From positions 33,982-97,981 of the forward strand of contig NZ_JANQIM010000037.1 in the NCBI RefSeq assembly GCF_028282165.1: a DNA stretch of 64,000 nt. The letters are read 5' to 3'. Of this stretch, positions 7,650 to 16,974 are shown piece by piece. The first letter of the stretch is position 1, and the number at the start of each line of letters is the position of its first letter. This DNA is from Winogradskyella sp. (GTDB lineage: Bacteria; Bacteroidota; Bacteroidia; Flavobacteriales; Flavobacteriaceae). The notes under the pieces were generated by a model that saw nothing but the letters and a program-made list of their open reading frames with translations, did no database searches and was not told the origin of the DNA. The position numbers and the translations under genes were made by a program.

Positions 7650-10091
7650 ATGAAGAATATCTTTCTAATCTTATTTATACTAATAACTAGTTTTGGCTAT
7701 ACTCAAGAATGTAATAGTGTCTTAAGTGGAGAAATCTCCGATTTTCATGATAATACTGCATTAGAAAATGCCTCAATAAAACTTATTGGTACAAATAAGA
7801 TCACCATATCGGATAAACAGGGAAAATTTAGGTTTAAAGATTTATGTGATAAAACATATCAGATAGAGGTGTCTCACATAGCCTGTGAAACGAAAATAAT
7901 AACAGTGAAAGTCCAAGGAGATACTCATAACGTAATTAAACTAGAACATCATTTGGAAGAACTAGATGAGGTTAATGTAACAGGAAAAGAAAGAAAGGAA
8001 ACAAAAACCGCTCAAGAGACGCTTATAAAAAGTGATATCCTAGAGCAATACAGTAGCCTTTCCTTAGGTGATGCGTTAAGGGAAGTTCCAGGCGTATCTT
8101 CTATAAATACAGGAAATACGATTGTTAAACCCATGATAAATGGCCTACATAGCAGCAGAATTTTGATCATGAATAATGGTGTACGTTTACAAGATCAGGA
8201 ATGGGGAATTGAACATGCACCAAATGTAGATATTAACAGCGCTAGTCAAATCTCAGTGATCAAAGGGTCTGGTGCTCTAGCTTATGGTGGTGATGCCATT
8301 GGTGGTGTCGTCGTTATTAATCCGAGCAGAATTATTAGAAAAGACACACTTTACGGACGCACCATTATTGGTGGTCAAACCAATGGCCGTGGTTATAATT
8401 TCACTTCAAGTCTAAATAAAAATTACGAATCAGGATGGTTTGCTAAAGTTCAGGGTTCTTATAAAAGAAATGGCGATTTTAAAGCACCTGATTATAACCT
8501 TACCAATACTGGGTTAGAGTCGACAGGCCTATCTGCACGGTTTGGCAAAAAGACTTTTGAATCGGGATTCGAAGTTTATTATAGCTATCTAGATAATGAA
8601 ATTGGCATTTTAAGATCTGCCCATATTGGTAATATAGGGAATTTGGCAGCTTCAATCAATGCACCAGTTCCAATTTTTATAAATGATTTTAGCTACGATA
8701 TCAATGAACCAAAACAAGAAGTGACACATCATCTCTTTAAGGCTTCATATTATAAACGCTTTAAGAACTTTGGAAAAGTTGACATTCAGTACGACTACCA
8801 GAACAATCATCGTTTTGAGTTCGATGTTCGCCGAGGTGGTAGAAGTGGAAAAGCCGCTATTGACCTAGAACTAGAAACCCACACCATTTTGGCAAATGTT
8901 AAAATTGATAACAATCTAGAACGAAAGTACAACTTTGGTTTGTTGGCCAGATATCAAAATAATTTTGCAAACCCCGATACTGGTGTAAGACGTTTAATCC
9001 CAGATTATGATAAATACGACTTTGGTATTTATGCTAATACAGAGTGGGCTATAAACGATAACTTAATTGCGGATGCTGGGTTGCGATACGATTTTAGCAG
9101 AGTAGACGCTTTAAAATTTTATAGACTTTCACGATGGGAAGAACGAGGTTATGATGAAGATTTTAGGGATATCATTATTGGTTCTGTAGTGGCTGGTGAA
9201 GTTGTTGATGGTATCGATGCTAATGCTTCACAATATTTAACTAACCCGATATTTGACTTTCATAATATATCTGCTGCTGTAGGTGTTAAATACGAATTCA
9301 ATGCAAATCATTGGATGACTTTAGGTTATAATTTGGCTAGTCGTGCGCCTAACCCTTCCGAGTTGTTTAGTGATGGCGTGCATCATTCAGCGGCAAGATA
9401 TGAGATCGGAGATCTTCGTATTGAAAGCGAACAGTCTCATCGTATATCTACAACTTATGGCTATATCACTTCAAAACTTAATGTACAGGTAGATGCTTAC
9501 TATAATCATATCAATAGTTTTATCTACTTAGTTCCCACTGAAGTAGGAATACTTCCAACAATAAGGGGGCCATTTCCTGAATGGGAATATGTACAGACCC
9601 AAACTAATGCCACACTTTTTGGTGTAGATGTTAGTGCAAATTATCAGGTTGGACCTCGCTGGAATATAAATCACAAATCATCTTTTATAAAGGGGTATGA
9701 CGTGAAAGCCGATATACCATTGATTGATATTCCACCATTTGCAACTTTAAACGGCATTACATATACCAATACCGACTGGTATAATTTTAATGCAAGTTTA
9801 CAATCGGAGTGGGTCTTTGAGCAAAATGAATTTCCAGATGAGTTTAATTATTCAGTACCAATAGCAGATGAGGATGATATCGTTGTCGACCTTGGTCCAC
9901 CTCCAGCTTATCATTTAATGCATTTTCAAAGTGAAATAACCTTACCTGTGTTTAAACAATCTAGTTTGGATATTCGATTAAGCGTTGACAATATTTTTAA
10001 TACAAACTACAGAAATTATTTAAACCGATTACGTTTTTTTGCAGACGAAATGGGAAGAAATATAAGATTACAAATTCAATTGAATTACTAA
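7650..10091 (+). CDS. TonB-dependent outer-membrane receptor with N-terminal carboxypeptidase-regulatory-like domain
   Basis: 813 aa with a signal peptide, a plug-region motif (ETLIKSD...PGVSSINTGNTIVKPMINGL) and a C-terminal beta-barrel ending in an aromatic residue (...LQIQLNY). Confidence 0.9.
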   Translation: MKNIFLILFILITSFGYTQECNSVLSGEISDFHDNTALENASIKLIGTNKITISDKQGKFRFKDLCDKTYQIEVSHIACETKIITVKVQGDTHNVIKLEHHLEELDEVNVTGKERKETKTAQETLIKSDILEQYSSLSLGDALREVPGVSSINTGNTIVKPMINGLHSSRILIMNNGVRLQDQEWGIEHAPNVDINSASQISVIKGSGALAYGGDAIGGVVVINPSRIIRKDTLYGRTIIGGQTNGRGYNFTSSLNKNYESGWFAKVQGSYKRNGDFKAPDYNLTNTGLESTGLSARFGKKTFESGFEVYYSYLDNEIGILRSAHIGNIGNLAASINAPVPIFINDFSYDINEPKQEVTHHLFKASYYKRFKNFGKVDIQYDYQNNHRFEFDVRRGGRSGKAAIDLELETHTILANVKIDNNLERKYNFGLLARYQNNFANPDTGVRRLIPDYDKYDFGIYANTEWAINDNLIADAGLRYDFSRVDALKFYRLSRWEERGYDEDFRDIIIGSVVAGEVVDGIDANASQYLTNPIFDFHNISAAVGVKYEFNANHWMTLGYNLASRAPNPSELFSDGVHHSAARYEIGDLRIESEQSHRISTTYGYITSKLNVQVDAYYNHINSFIYLVPTEVGILPTIRGPFPEWEYVQTQTNATLFGVDVSANYQVGPRWNINHKSSFIKGYDVKADIPLIDIPPFATLNGITYTNTDWYNFNASLQSEWVFEQNEFPDEFNYSVPIADEDDIVVDLGPPPAYHLMHFQSEITLPVFKQSSLDIRLSVDNIFNTNYRNYLNRLRFFADEMGRNIRLQIQLNY

Positions 10092-10164
10092 AAAAAACAA
10101 ATAATAACTACTTTAAATTTTAAATACAAAAACAATGAAAACTAATTTTTTAAATTTTAACACA

Positions 10165-10743
10165 ATGAAAACAACTAAATTTTTTGCAAGTGCTTTTTTA
10201 GGTTTAGCCCTTTTGGCATCATGTTCAGATGATGATGATGGTTCAGGTACACAACCAGTTGAAGAAGAAGAAGCTATCACGAGATTGATTCTTACGTTTA
10301 CAAACGATGACGAAACAGATACAGTTATATTGACTTGGAACGATGCAAACCTAGATGAAGTGATTGATGCAGGCGAACAAACGGTCGTTGGCGAATTCGA
10401 TGCTGACGAAGTTTATGATGCTGAAATTCAATTATTCAATATGGATGAAGATTTTCTTGCAGAAGATATCTTGGCAGACCAAGCAGGAATAGATGCACAC
10501 TTTTTTGTGTATAGTACCGATCTAGATTTTACAATGGTTAGAGCCGATGATGATAATTTAAGAGGAGATGGCAATAGACTTGGTGTAAAAACGGTATGGA
10601 CTGCTGGCCCAAATGACGAAACAGGAACTATAACTATTCAACTTTTCCACGAGTCTCCAAGTGTTAGTGATGATGGTGGTTTTGGATCAGCAACTGGAAC
10701 TGATACAGATATTGATATCACTTTTAATGTTGAAATAGACTAA
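10165..10743 (+). CDS. acidic lipoprotein, unknown function (receptor-associated)
   Basis: The track ORF starts at 10135; MKTTKFFASAFLGLALLASC (lipobox) at 10165 is the likelier start. The mature part is very Asp/Glu-rich. Confidence 0.6.
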   Translation: MKTTKFFASAFLGLALLASCSDDDDGSGTQPVEEEEAITRLILTFTNDDETDTVILTWNDANLDEVIDAGEQTVVGEFDADEVYDAEIQLFNMDEDFLAEDILADQAGIDAHFFVYSTDLDFTMVRADDDNLRGDGNRLGVKTVWTAGPNDETGTITIQLFHESPSVSDDGGFGSATGTDTDIDITFNVEID

Positions 10744-10762
10744 GTAATAAACAAAACCAGAT

Positions 10763-10793
10763 AAAAAAGCACTCGAGGTCGAGTGCTTTTTTT
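10763..10793. terminator. bidirectional rho-independent terminator
   Basis: A-run, then agcactcg-aggt-cgagtgct, then a T-run, between convergent genes. Confidence 0.75.
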
Positions 10794-11058
10794 ATGCCTT
10801 AGTTACAGAGTCTCTCGGATTCAAAATATAAGTATATAGCCACATCAATGAGAATGTTGGTATCACATCCAAAAATGGTAAGGCTTCTTCAATAAATGCA
10901 ATCACAGCAGCTATTTTCCCTTCTCTCCCCTTATATAGTTTGGTCATAAAATAGGCCGATAATGGTGCCCATATAAAATCAAAAGGTGGAAATACTATAG
11001 AGACATATCCTAAACCATCCAAAAGTAGCCCCAATGCAAGTTTATTATATTTATTCAT
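10792..11058 (-). CDS. small membrane protein
   Basis: 88 aa with 2-3 hydrophobic segments. Confidence 0.45.
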   Translation of the reverse strand: MNKYNKLALGLLLDGLGYVSIVFPPFDFIWAPLSAYFMTKLYKGREGKIAAVIAFIEEALPFLDVIPTFSLMWLYTYILNPRDSVTKA

Positions 11059-11199
11059 GTAAAGATTTAAGTATTAATTCATTGAGTAAATAGCAATAAG
11101 TATTCCAAATTTATATTGTGTCAATTAGTCAAGCTGTACTCTTAACATACCTTAAACCTTTTTAACGTTTAATTAAGAGCTGTGCTCAATGTGAGAATG

Positions 11200-11207
11200 T
11201 AGATTTG
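11200..11207 (+). promoter_or_regulatory. candidate -7 element TAGATTTG
   Basis: Exact TAnnTTTG match, about 75 nt upstream of the ATG at 11283. Confidence 0.35.
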
Positions 11208-11282
11208 CACATTATAAGTGCAACAATCATTTTGTCAACCCATCTTTATAACAAAAGTTTAAGTCATCATTAACCAACCACT

Positions 11283-13823
11283 ATGAACTTACGTTCTCTA
11301 TTAACTTTTCTTAGCTTTTGTTATGTCCTTATTTTCTCCGCACAAAACGATTCTATACCGATTCCAGACAAAAAGATTTTAAATATTGAGCGCACAAATC
11401 AAAAACCAAAAATAGACGGTATCTTAGATGAGGATATATGGCAAAATGCTGATATAGCTACAGATTTCATCCAATTTAGACCAGAAATAGGTAACACACT
11501 TCCTGAGGAAAAACGAACTGAAGTAAAAATGACCTACGATGATAAAGCCATCTATGTTGCTGCTTATCTTTATGATGATCCTGAATTGATCATGAAACAA
11601 TTGGTGAATCGAGATAATTTCGGTCAGACCGATTTTTTTGCCGTGGTCATTAACCCAAATAATGACGCCCAAAATGACACTCAGTTTTTTGTATTCAGTT
11701 CTGGCCAACAGGCAGATGCTATCGCCAATCCAAGTATTGGTGAGGATTTTAGCTGGAACGCCGTTTGGCAAAGTGCTGTAACAATACACAATGATGGTTG
11801 GAGTTTAGAGATCGAAATTCCATACAGAACATTACGCTTTGCCGAAGAAGAAAATCCGATTTGGGGTTTGCAATTCCATAGACAATTTAGACGCGATAGA
11901 GCACAATATACATGGAATCCCATAGATCCCACTAAAGGCAATATTGGTTTGTACCATGGAGAGCTACATGGACTTAATGGCCTTAAACCTCCTACCCGAC
12001 TCATTTTTTATCCCTTTACTACTGGGATTCTCGATAGTTTTGATGGCGAAACAGAAACTACCTTAAGATTAGGCATGGACGTTAAATATGGAATTACAGA
12101 TAACTTCACCTTAGATGCGACCCTTATTCCCGACTTTAGTCAGGCAGGTTTTGACAATTTGGTGCTCAATCTCGGGCCATTTGAGCAAACCTTTGCTGAA
12201 CAGCGACAATTCTTTACTGAGGGCGTCGACTTGTTTTCTAAAGGTGGGTTATTCTTTTCGAGGCGTGTAGGAAGTGCACCAACAGGCGAATTAGATTTAG
12301 CTGATGATGAAGAAGCTGAAGTCCCCGATGAAGTCAAAGTATTAAATGCTGTAAAAGTATCGGGACGAACAAAAGATGGCTGGGGGCTTGGCCTTTTTAA
12401 TGCCATTACTGAAAAAACCTTTGCGACTATTACAGATACTATCACTGGCCAATCTCGCCAAGAAGTGGTCGAACCTTTTGCTAATTACAATATTTTAGTG
12501 GTTGACAAGCAGTTTGGCGGTAACTCTGCTATAAGCCTTATTAATACCAATGTGATGCGGGAAGGTGAGTTTAGGGATGGTAATGCCACAGCACTGGTAG
12601 CCAACTTGGTGAATAAAAAAAACACCTATAGGTTAGACACTGAGTTAAGAATGAGTAATGTAAATTATCAAAATGAACCCAGTGAAACCGGTTTTAGTAG
12701 CTTTTTGTTCGTTGGAAAAGTTGCTGGTAATTTTAGGTATAGTTTTGATCATCGTTTTGCAGACACAAAATATGAGATTAATGACTTAGGTCTAAATTTC
12801 AGGAATAACAGAAATGATTTCGGTATCGATTTTTCATATCAAACCTTTGAGCCTTCAGGAAAGTTGAATAGCTATCGTTTTAACTTTTTCTCTAATTACA
12901 GACGTCTTGTAGACCCAAATACCTTTTCTAATTTCAATTTTGGTGGTGGTTATCGTGCCTTTACCAGAAAGCTTGATGCTTATGGTTTTCGTTTGTTTAT
13001 AGAACCTGGAAAACAATACGATTTTTTTGAATCTCGTGATGGACGCCCCTTTATTTTTGAAAATTTCGTAAGTACTGGTGGTTGGGTCTCTTCCAATTAC
13101 AATCGCGTTTTTGCCATTGATGCCCGAGCCAATATCGGAACCCTATTTGAAGATGGACGTGACTTTTTTACCTACGATTTTAACATAGAACCTAGAGTAA
13201 GAGTGTCTGATAAACTATTATTAATCTATGGGTTCTCTTTTGACTACACCAATGGTGATCGTGGTTATGCCACCAGTGAAGAAATTCAATTATTTGGAGG
13301 AGAAACAGAAGAAATTCCAATCTTGGGTGAACGTAACCGACAAATCGTAACCAATACCCTATCGGGAAATTATACCTTTAATCCATTTCATACTTTGGGA
13401 TTAACCTTTAGACATTATTGGGATACCGTCAACTACGACAATGAATTGTTTACACTTTTGGATAATGGGCGTTTAACCACAGCAGATGGATATACAATTG
13501 ATACGGTTGAGGACAATCCAAATATTAACTTTAGTACTTGGAATATCGATTTAAGCTATTCTTGGCAGTTTGCACCTGGTAGCTTTTTAACGGCATTGTA
13601 CAGAAACCAAATTTTTAGCAATGACGAAAATTCTGAGGATGGTTTTACCGAAAGCTTGGATTTACTGTTTCAGCAACCGATGCAAAACATCTTTTCCTTG
13701 CGCCTTCAGTTTTTTATTGATTACAATAATGTAAAATCAATCTTTAAAAAGAAGAACAAAACACAAGACGGACAGGCTAGTATGCGCAATACTGTAATAA
13801 GACCGTTTCACACTTTACCATAA
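11283..13823 (+). CDS. large secreted protein, carbohydrate-binding family 9-like N-domain + DUF5916-like beta-barrel region
   Basis: 846 aa with a signal peptide. The N-terminal DGILDEDIWQNAD...F.QF.P block resembles CBM9/DOMON-like proteins annotated DUF5916 in Bacteroidota (from memory). Confidence 0.6.
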   Translation: MNLRSLLTFLSFCYVLIFSAQNDSIPIPDKKILNIERTNQKPKIDGILDEDIWQNADIATDFIQFRPEIGNTLPEEKRTEVKMTYDDKAIYVAAYLYDDPELIMKQLVNRDNFGQTDFFAVVINPNNDAQNDTQFFVFSSGQQADAIANPSIGEDFSWNAVWQSAVTIHNDGWSLEIEIPYRTLRFAEEENPIWGLQFHRQFRRDRAQYTWNPIDPTKGNIGLYHGELHGLNGLKPPTRLIFYPFTTGILDSFDGETETTLRLGMDVKYGITDNFTLDATLIPDFSQAGFDNLVLNLGPFEQTFAEQRQFFTEGVDLFSKGGLFFSRRVGSAPTGELDLADDEEAEVPDEVKVLNAVKVSGRTKDGWGLGLFNAITEKTFATITDTITGQSRQEVVEPFANYNILVVDKQFGGNSAISLINTNVMREGEFRDGNATALVANLVNKKNTYRLDTELRMSNVNYQNEPSETGFSSFLFVGKVAGNFRYSFDHRFADTKYEINDLGLNFRNNRNDFGIDFSYQTFEPSGKLNSYRFNFFSNYRRLVDPNTFSNFNFGGGYRAFTRKLDAYGFRLFIEPGKQYDFFESRDGRPFIFENFVSTGGWVSSNYNRVFAIDARANIGTLFEDGRDFFTYDFNIEPRVRVSDKLLLIYGFSFDYTNGDRGYATSEEIQLFGGETEEIPILGERNRQIVTNTLSGNYTFNPFHTLGLTFRHYWDTVNYDNELFTLLDNGRLTTADGYTIDTVEDNPNINFSTWNIDLSYSWQFAPGSFLTALYRNQIFSNDENSEDGFTESLDLLFQQPMQNIFSLRLQFFIDYNNVKSIFKKKNKTQDGQASMRNTVIRPFHTLP

Positions 13824-13964
13824 TCTTAATACTTCGTTATCGACCATTGTCCGGACACTCAATATAGTATTTAAACTCTATAATAACCCAAGAGTCTAAA
13901 AATCTAAAAGGCTAACAGTCTAAGCCACTAATAATCTAATAAAATATAGTATTTTCGCTGTTGT

Positions 13965-14627
13965 ATGATTAAAGCTACCAACATCCACAAATCGTTTAAG
14001 GATCTACACGTTTTAAAAGGTGTAAACATCACTATTTCCGAAAGTGAAATCATTTCTATTGTTGGTGCTTCTGGGGCAGGAAAAACCACCTTACTGCAAA
14101 TCTTAGGGACCTTGGACAAACCAGATTACAAAGTGGATTCGGAACTAATAATCAATGGACAATCCATTACTGCACTTAACGATAAAGCCCTCGCTAAATT
14201 TAGGAATCAACATATTGGTTTTATTTTTCAGTTTCATCAGTTGCTGCCAGAATTTACAGCTTTAGAAAATGTCTGTATCCCCGCATTTATCAATAATACG
14301 CCCAAAGCCGAAGCTGAGAAACGTGCCAAGGAATTGTTAGATTATTTAGGGCTTAGCGATCGCATCGACCATAAACCCAATAGCCTATCCGGTGGTGAAC
14401 AACAACGTGTGGCTGTGGCCAGAGCATTGATTAACCAACCGAAGATTATTTTTGCAGATGAGCCTTCTGGAAACTTAGATAGCGAATCCGCAGAGCAATT
14501 ACACCAACTCTTCTTTAAGTTAAGAGATGAGTTGAAGCAAACCTTTGTTGTCGTAACTCATAACCAGGACCTCGCCAATATGGCCGATCGTAAGTTGACA
14601 ATGGTCGATGGAAAGATTGTAGGTTAA
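13965..14627 (+). CDS. lolD: ABC transporter ATP-binding protein (LolD/MacB-type)
   Basis: 220 aa with Walker [10 protein letters not shown], signature [15 protein letters not shown] and Walker [13 protein letters not shown]. Confidence 0.8.
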   Translation: MIKATNIHKSFKDLHVLKGVNITISESEIISIVGASGAGKTTLLQILGTLDKPDYKVDSELIINGQSITALNDKALAKFRNQHIGFIFQFHQLLPEFTALENVCIPAFINNTPKAEAEKRAKELLDYLGLSDRIDHKPNSLSGGEQQRVAVARALINQPKIIFADEPSGNLDSESAEQLHQLFFKLRDELKQTFVVVTHNQDLANMADRKLTMVDGKIVG

Positions 14628-14694
14628 TTATTATAGCTTGCTTAGAGCTTTTAGACTTAAACTATCCTGATTGAAATAACTCGCTTTCACTGCA

Positions 14695-15378
14695 TCAATG
14701 ATAGCCATTAAAGTAACCGTACAACTGATATACAAATAACCCTATCCCTGCTAGTACCAGATACCAATTGACCGCTTTGTAAAACGCTGGAAACTGTTTA
14801 TGTTTTCTCGAAAGTGTAATTATGAAAACAATAGGAATCAACGCCAGTACCTGCCCGACTTCTACACCAAGATTAAAGCATAGGATTTTTACTAGAAACT
14901 GTTCCGTTCCAATATCAAAGGACTGTAAACGGGTGGACAGGCCAAAGCCATGAATCAATCCGAAAAGACCTACCATAAGCAGTAAATTGGGTGATTTTAC
15001 CTTCAGTTTTTCAAATCCACCTAAATTTTCAAAGCCCTTATATAACACACTCAGGGCAATAACCGCATCTACTAAATGTTCATTTGCCGTGATTCCGGCA
15101 TAGGTTGCACCAATTAAGGTAATACAATGCCCTATTGTAAACACGGTAATGAATTTTAAGATGTCTATAAAATTGTTCAGGTAGAATATAACACCTGTTA
15201 GAAAAAGCAAATGGTCATAGCCTGTAAGCATATGTGTGGCACCTACACGAATGTAAGCCCACAAACCACCGTTACGCAAAAGTTCCTGATCAGCACTTGT
15301 TACATCATGTGCAAACCCTAAAAGCGGAACGAAAATTAATAATAGAAATAGTGCCTGCCTAAAATGTTGATGTTTCAT
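14695..15378 (-). CDS. HupE/UreJ family metal (Ni/Co-type) transporter
   Basis: 227 aa with a signal peptide ending AHD, 6 TM segments, and GYDHLLF and HGFGLS motifs typical of HupE/UreJ. Its start overlaps the stop of the upstream gene, suggesting translational coupling. Confidence 0.75.
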   Translation of the reverse strand: MKHQHFRQALFLLLIFVPLLGFAHDVTSADQELLRNGGLWAYIRVGATHMLTGYDHLLFLTGVIFYLNNFIDILKFITVFTIGHCITLIGATYAGITANEHLVDAVIALSVLYKGFENLGGFEKLKVKSPNLLLMVGLFGLIHGFGLSTRLQSFDIGTEQFLVKILCFNLGVEVGQVLALIPIVFIITLSRKHKQFPAFYKAVNWYLVLAGIGLFVYQLYGYFNGYH

Positions 15379-16712
15379 TAACTCTTTTTTCTAAAGACTA
15401 CGAATAACAACGCTATAATAAGTACGCTACCTAATATAAAAATCCATGTAGGGATTCCATCCTCGTGATCATGATCATGTGTATGCGTACTATCATCATG
15501 TTTGTGGGTCACCTCAAACGTCAATGTTGCCCATTTAGAGCGATGCGTTAATTCATCACTATCCGTAACACTAACCATATGAATGGTTCGTAAGTAGTAA
15601 ATACCGTCTTCTGGTAGATTTACAGAAACAATGCCTTGGTCATTGGTCCGTAACTGCTGACCACTGGTATGTGAATGGTCTTTTTCTGGCTTTGATTTGT
15701 CAGTATGGCTATGCGCACCGTCACCGTGCTTGTGTTTATGGGAGTGCTTTTTGCCATCATGCTCATTACTGTGCTCACCATCATCATGCTTATGCTCGTG
15801 GGAATGTTTTTTTCCTTCGTGCTCATGCTCATGGCTGTGCTCACCGTCACCGTGCTTGTGTTCATGGGAGTGCTTTTTCCCATCATGCTCATGACTATGC
15901 TTACCATCATCATGCTTATGCTCGTGGGAATGTTTTTTTCCTTCGTGTTTGTGCTCATCATGGTGATGTTCACCTTCATCATGCTTATGTTTTTTATCAC
16001 CATGACTATGGCTGTGACCATGACCATGATCATGATCATGGATTACTTTGATATAATCCGCATAAACGAGTTGATTGGCTAAAGGTGCTCCATCTAACAA
16101 TAACTGCACTTCCAACTTATCACCAGTATACTTTTCATAAGGATTTGCTAATGTCACAAACTCAATAGGATAGCCCAAAACCGTTTTCCAATCGTCTGTT
16201 TTTACATCACCCACTTGATAGATCGCTTTTACATGCTTTTCATAACGCTCTATAGCATCTTGATCCAATAAGTCATTATCCGTGCGGTATTCGAGCATAT
16301 CTAAAACACCATCGTGTTTAAGGTAGTTGTTAAACTTTTCGGCGGTGAGTTCTATATTTCTGGCTTTGGTTGAGACACCTGCTACATAAGTTGCGGCTTC
16401 AATAGGCGTAAATTTAAATTGTGTAATGGTGGTGTCCTTATCTGTCCATTGACTTGCATCTACAGTTAATCGGTTTCCCTGATATAAAATAGAAGCATCT
16501 TGCATACGATCGCGCGCAATAATATTTTCACTATTTTCAAAAGTCCCATTGTATAGGCTTAAGGTCGCTTCTTGATTAGGTTTCAAGAAATAGGTGTCCA
16601 TTTTTATATACAGGTCGTGACTGCATAATAGAATGACAGCGAGGAGTAAGTAAAAAGGCCTAAAAACCCTGTATTTTAAGCTTTTTGTGATTGTTCTTCT
16701 TATTAAATTCAT
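15378..16712 (-). CDS. DUF4198-like periplasmic metal-uptake protein with a large His-rich insert and C-terminal TM anchor
   Basis: 444 aa. The N-terminal SHDLYIK...LSLYNGTFE block is like the DUF4198/NikM-type domain. About 120 aa of H/K/D/E/G repeats follow, then a C-terminal THTHDHDHEDG segment and a TM helix. It is co-transcribed with HupE/UreJ. Confidence 0.7.
   Translation of the reverse strand: MNLIRRTITKSLKYRVFRPFYLLLAVILLCSHDLYIKMDTYFLKPNQEATLSLYNGTFENSENIIARDRMQDASILYQGNRLTVDASQWTDKDTTITQFKFTPIEAATYVAGVSTKARNIELTAEKFNNYLKHDGVLDMLEYRTDNDLLDQDAIERYEKHVKAIYQVGDVKTDDWKTVLGYPIEFVTLANPYEKYTGDKLEVQLLLDGAPLANQLVYADYIKVIHDHDHGHGHSHSHGDKKHKHDEGEHHHDEHKHEGKKHSHEHKHDDGKHSHEHDGKKHSHEHKHGDGEHSHEHEHEGKKHSHEHKHDDGEHSNEHDGKKHSHKHKHGDGAHSHTDKSKPEKDHSHTSGQQLRTNDQGIVSVNLPEDGIYYLRTIHMVSVTDSDELTHRSKWATLTFEVTHKHDDSTHTHDHDHEDGIPTWIFILGSVLIIALLFVVFRKKS
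15716..15967. repeat. 126-nt tandem duplication (2 copies, each built of two ~60-66-nt sub-repeats) encoding His-rich peptide repeats
   Basis: caccgtcaccgtgcttgtgtt... recurs at 15716 and 15842 (126 nt = 42 codons apart). It encodes GKKHSHEHKH(D/G)DG(K/E)HSHEH units. The wider His-rich coding tract spans about 15668-16039. Confidence 0.85.
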
Positions 16713-16974
16713 GCGTTTTTTGTTGATAGTTCTTTTTTAATGTATAAATGACTCATAAAAATCCATTTAAATTGGTTTTATCCGTCTAAAAGCGAAGTTA
16801 ATCTTTTCGTCTTAAGAAATCAACATAAAAAACTATGGGAATTTAGAGCTACAAGCTCCAACCAGCAAAGATTGTGGAAGGCTTAATCATAAAGAAAATG
16901 CTAACGCCTCTATTATGAGAAAATTGGATGTTACAAAAAGCACAGAACCTTATTAGAGACCAAGCTTTTTCTAT

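Noticed and set aside
11424-12445. Three minus-strand ORFs (121, 107 and 101 aa) inside the 846-aa DUF5916-like gene
   Set aside because: They are antisense to a long, well-formed ORF and their translations are low-complexity.
15620-16082. Four ORF-track entries (15620..16039 -, 15671..16051 +, 15697..15894 +, 15705..16082 +) overlapping the His-rich region
   Set aside because: They are alternative-frame or antisense readings of the 126-nt tandem repeat and give low-complexity M/V/T or C/S/L strings. The His-rich frame is continuous with a recognisable DUF4198-like protein.
16713-16974. Cobalamin or Ni/Co riboswitch upstream of the DUF4198-HupE operon
   Set aside because: I could not find a B12-box-like or other conserved riboswitch core on the minus strand by eye. 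A covariance-model scan is needed before any claim.
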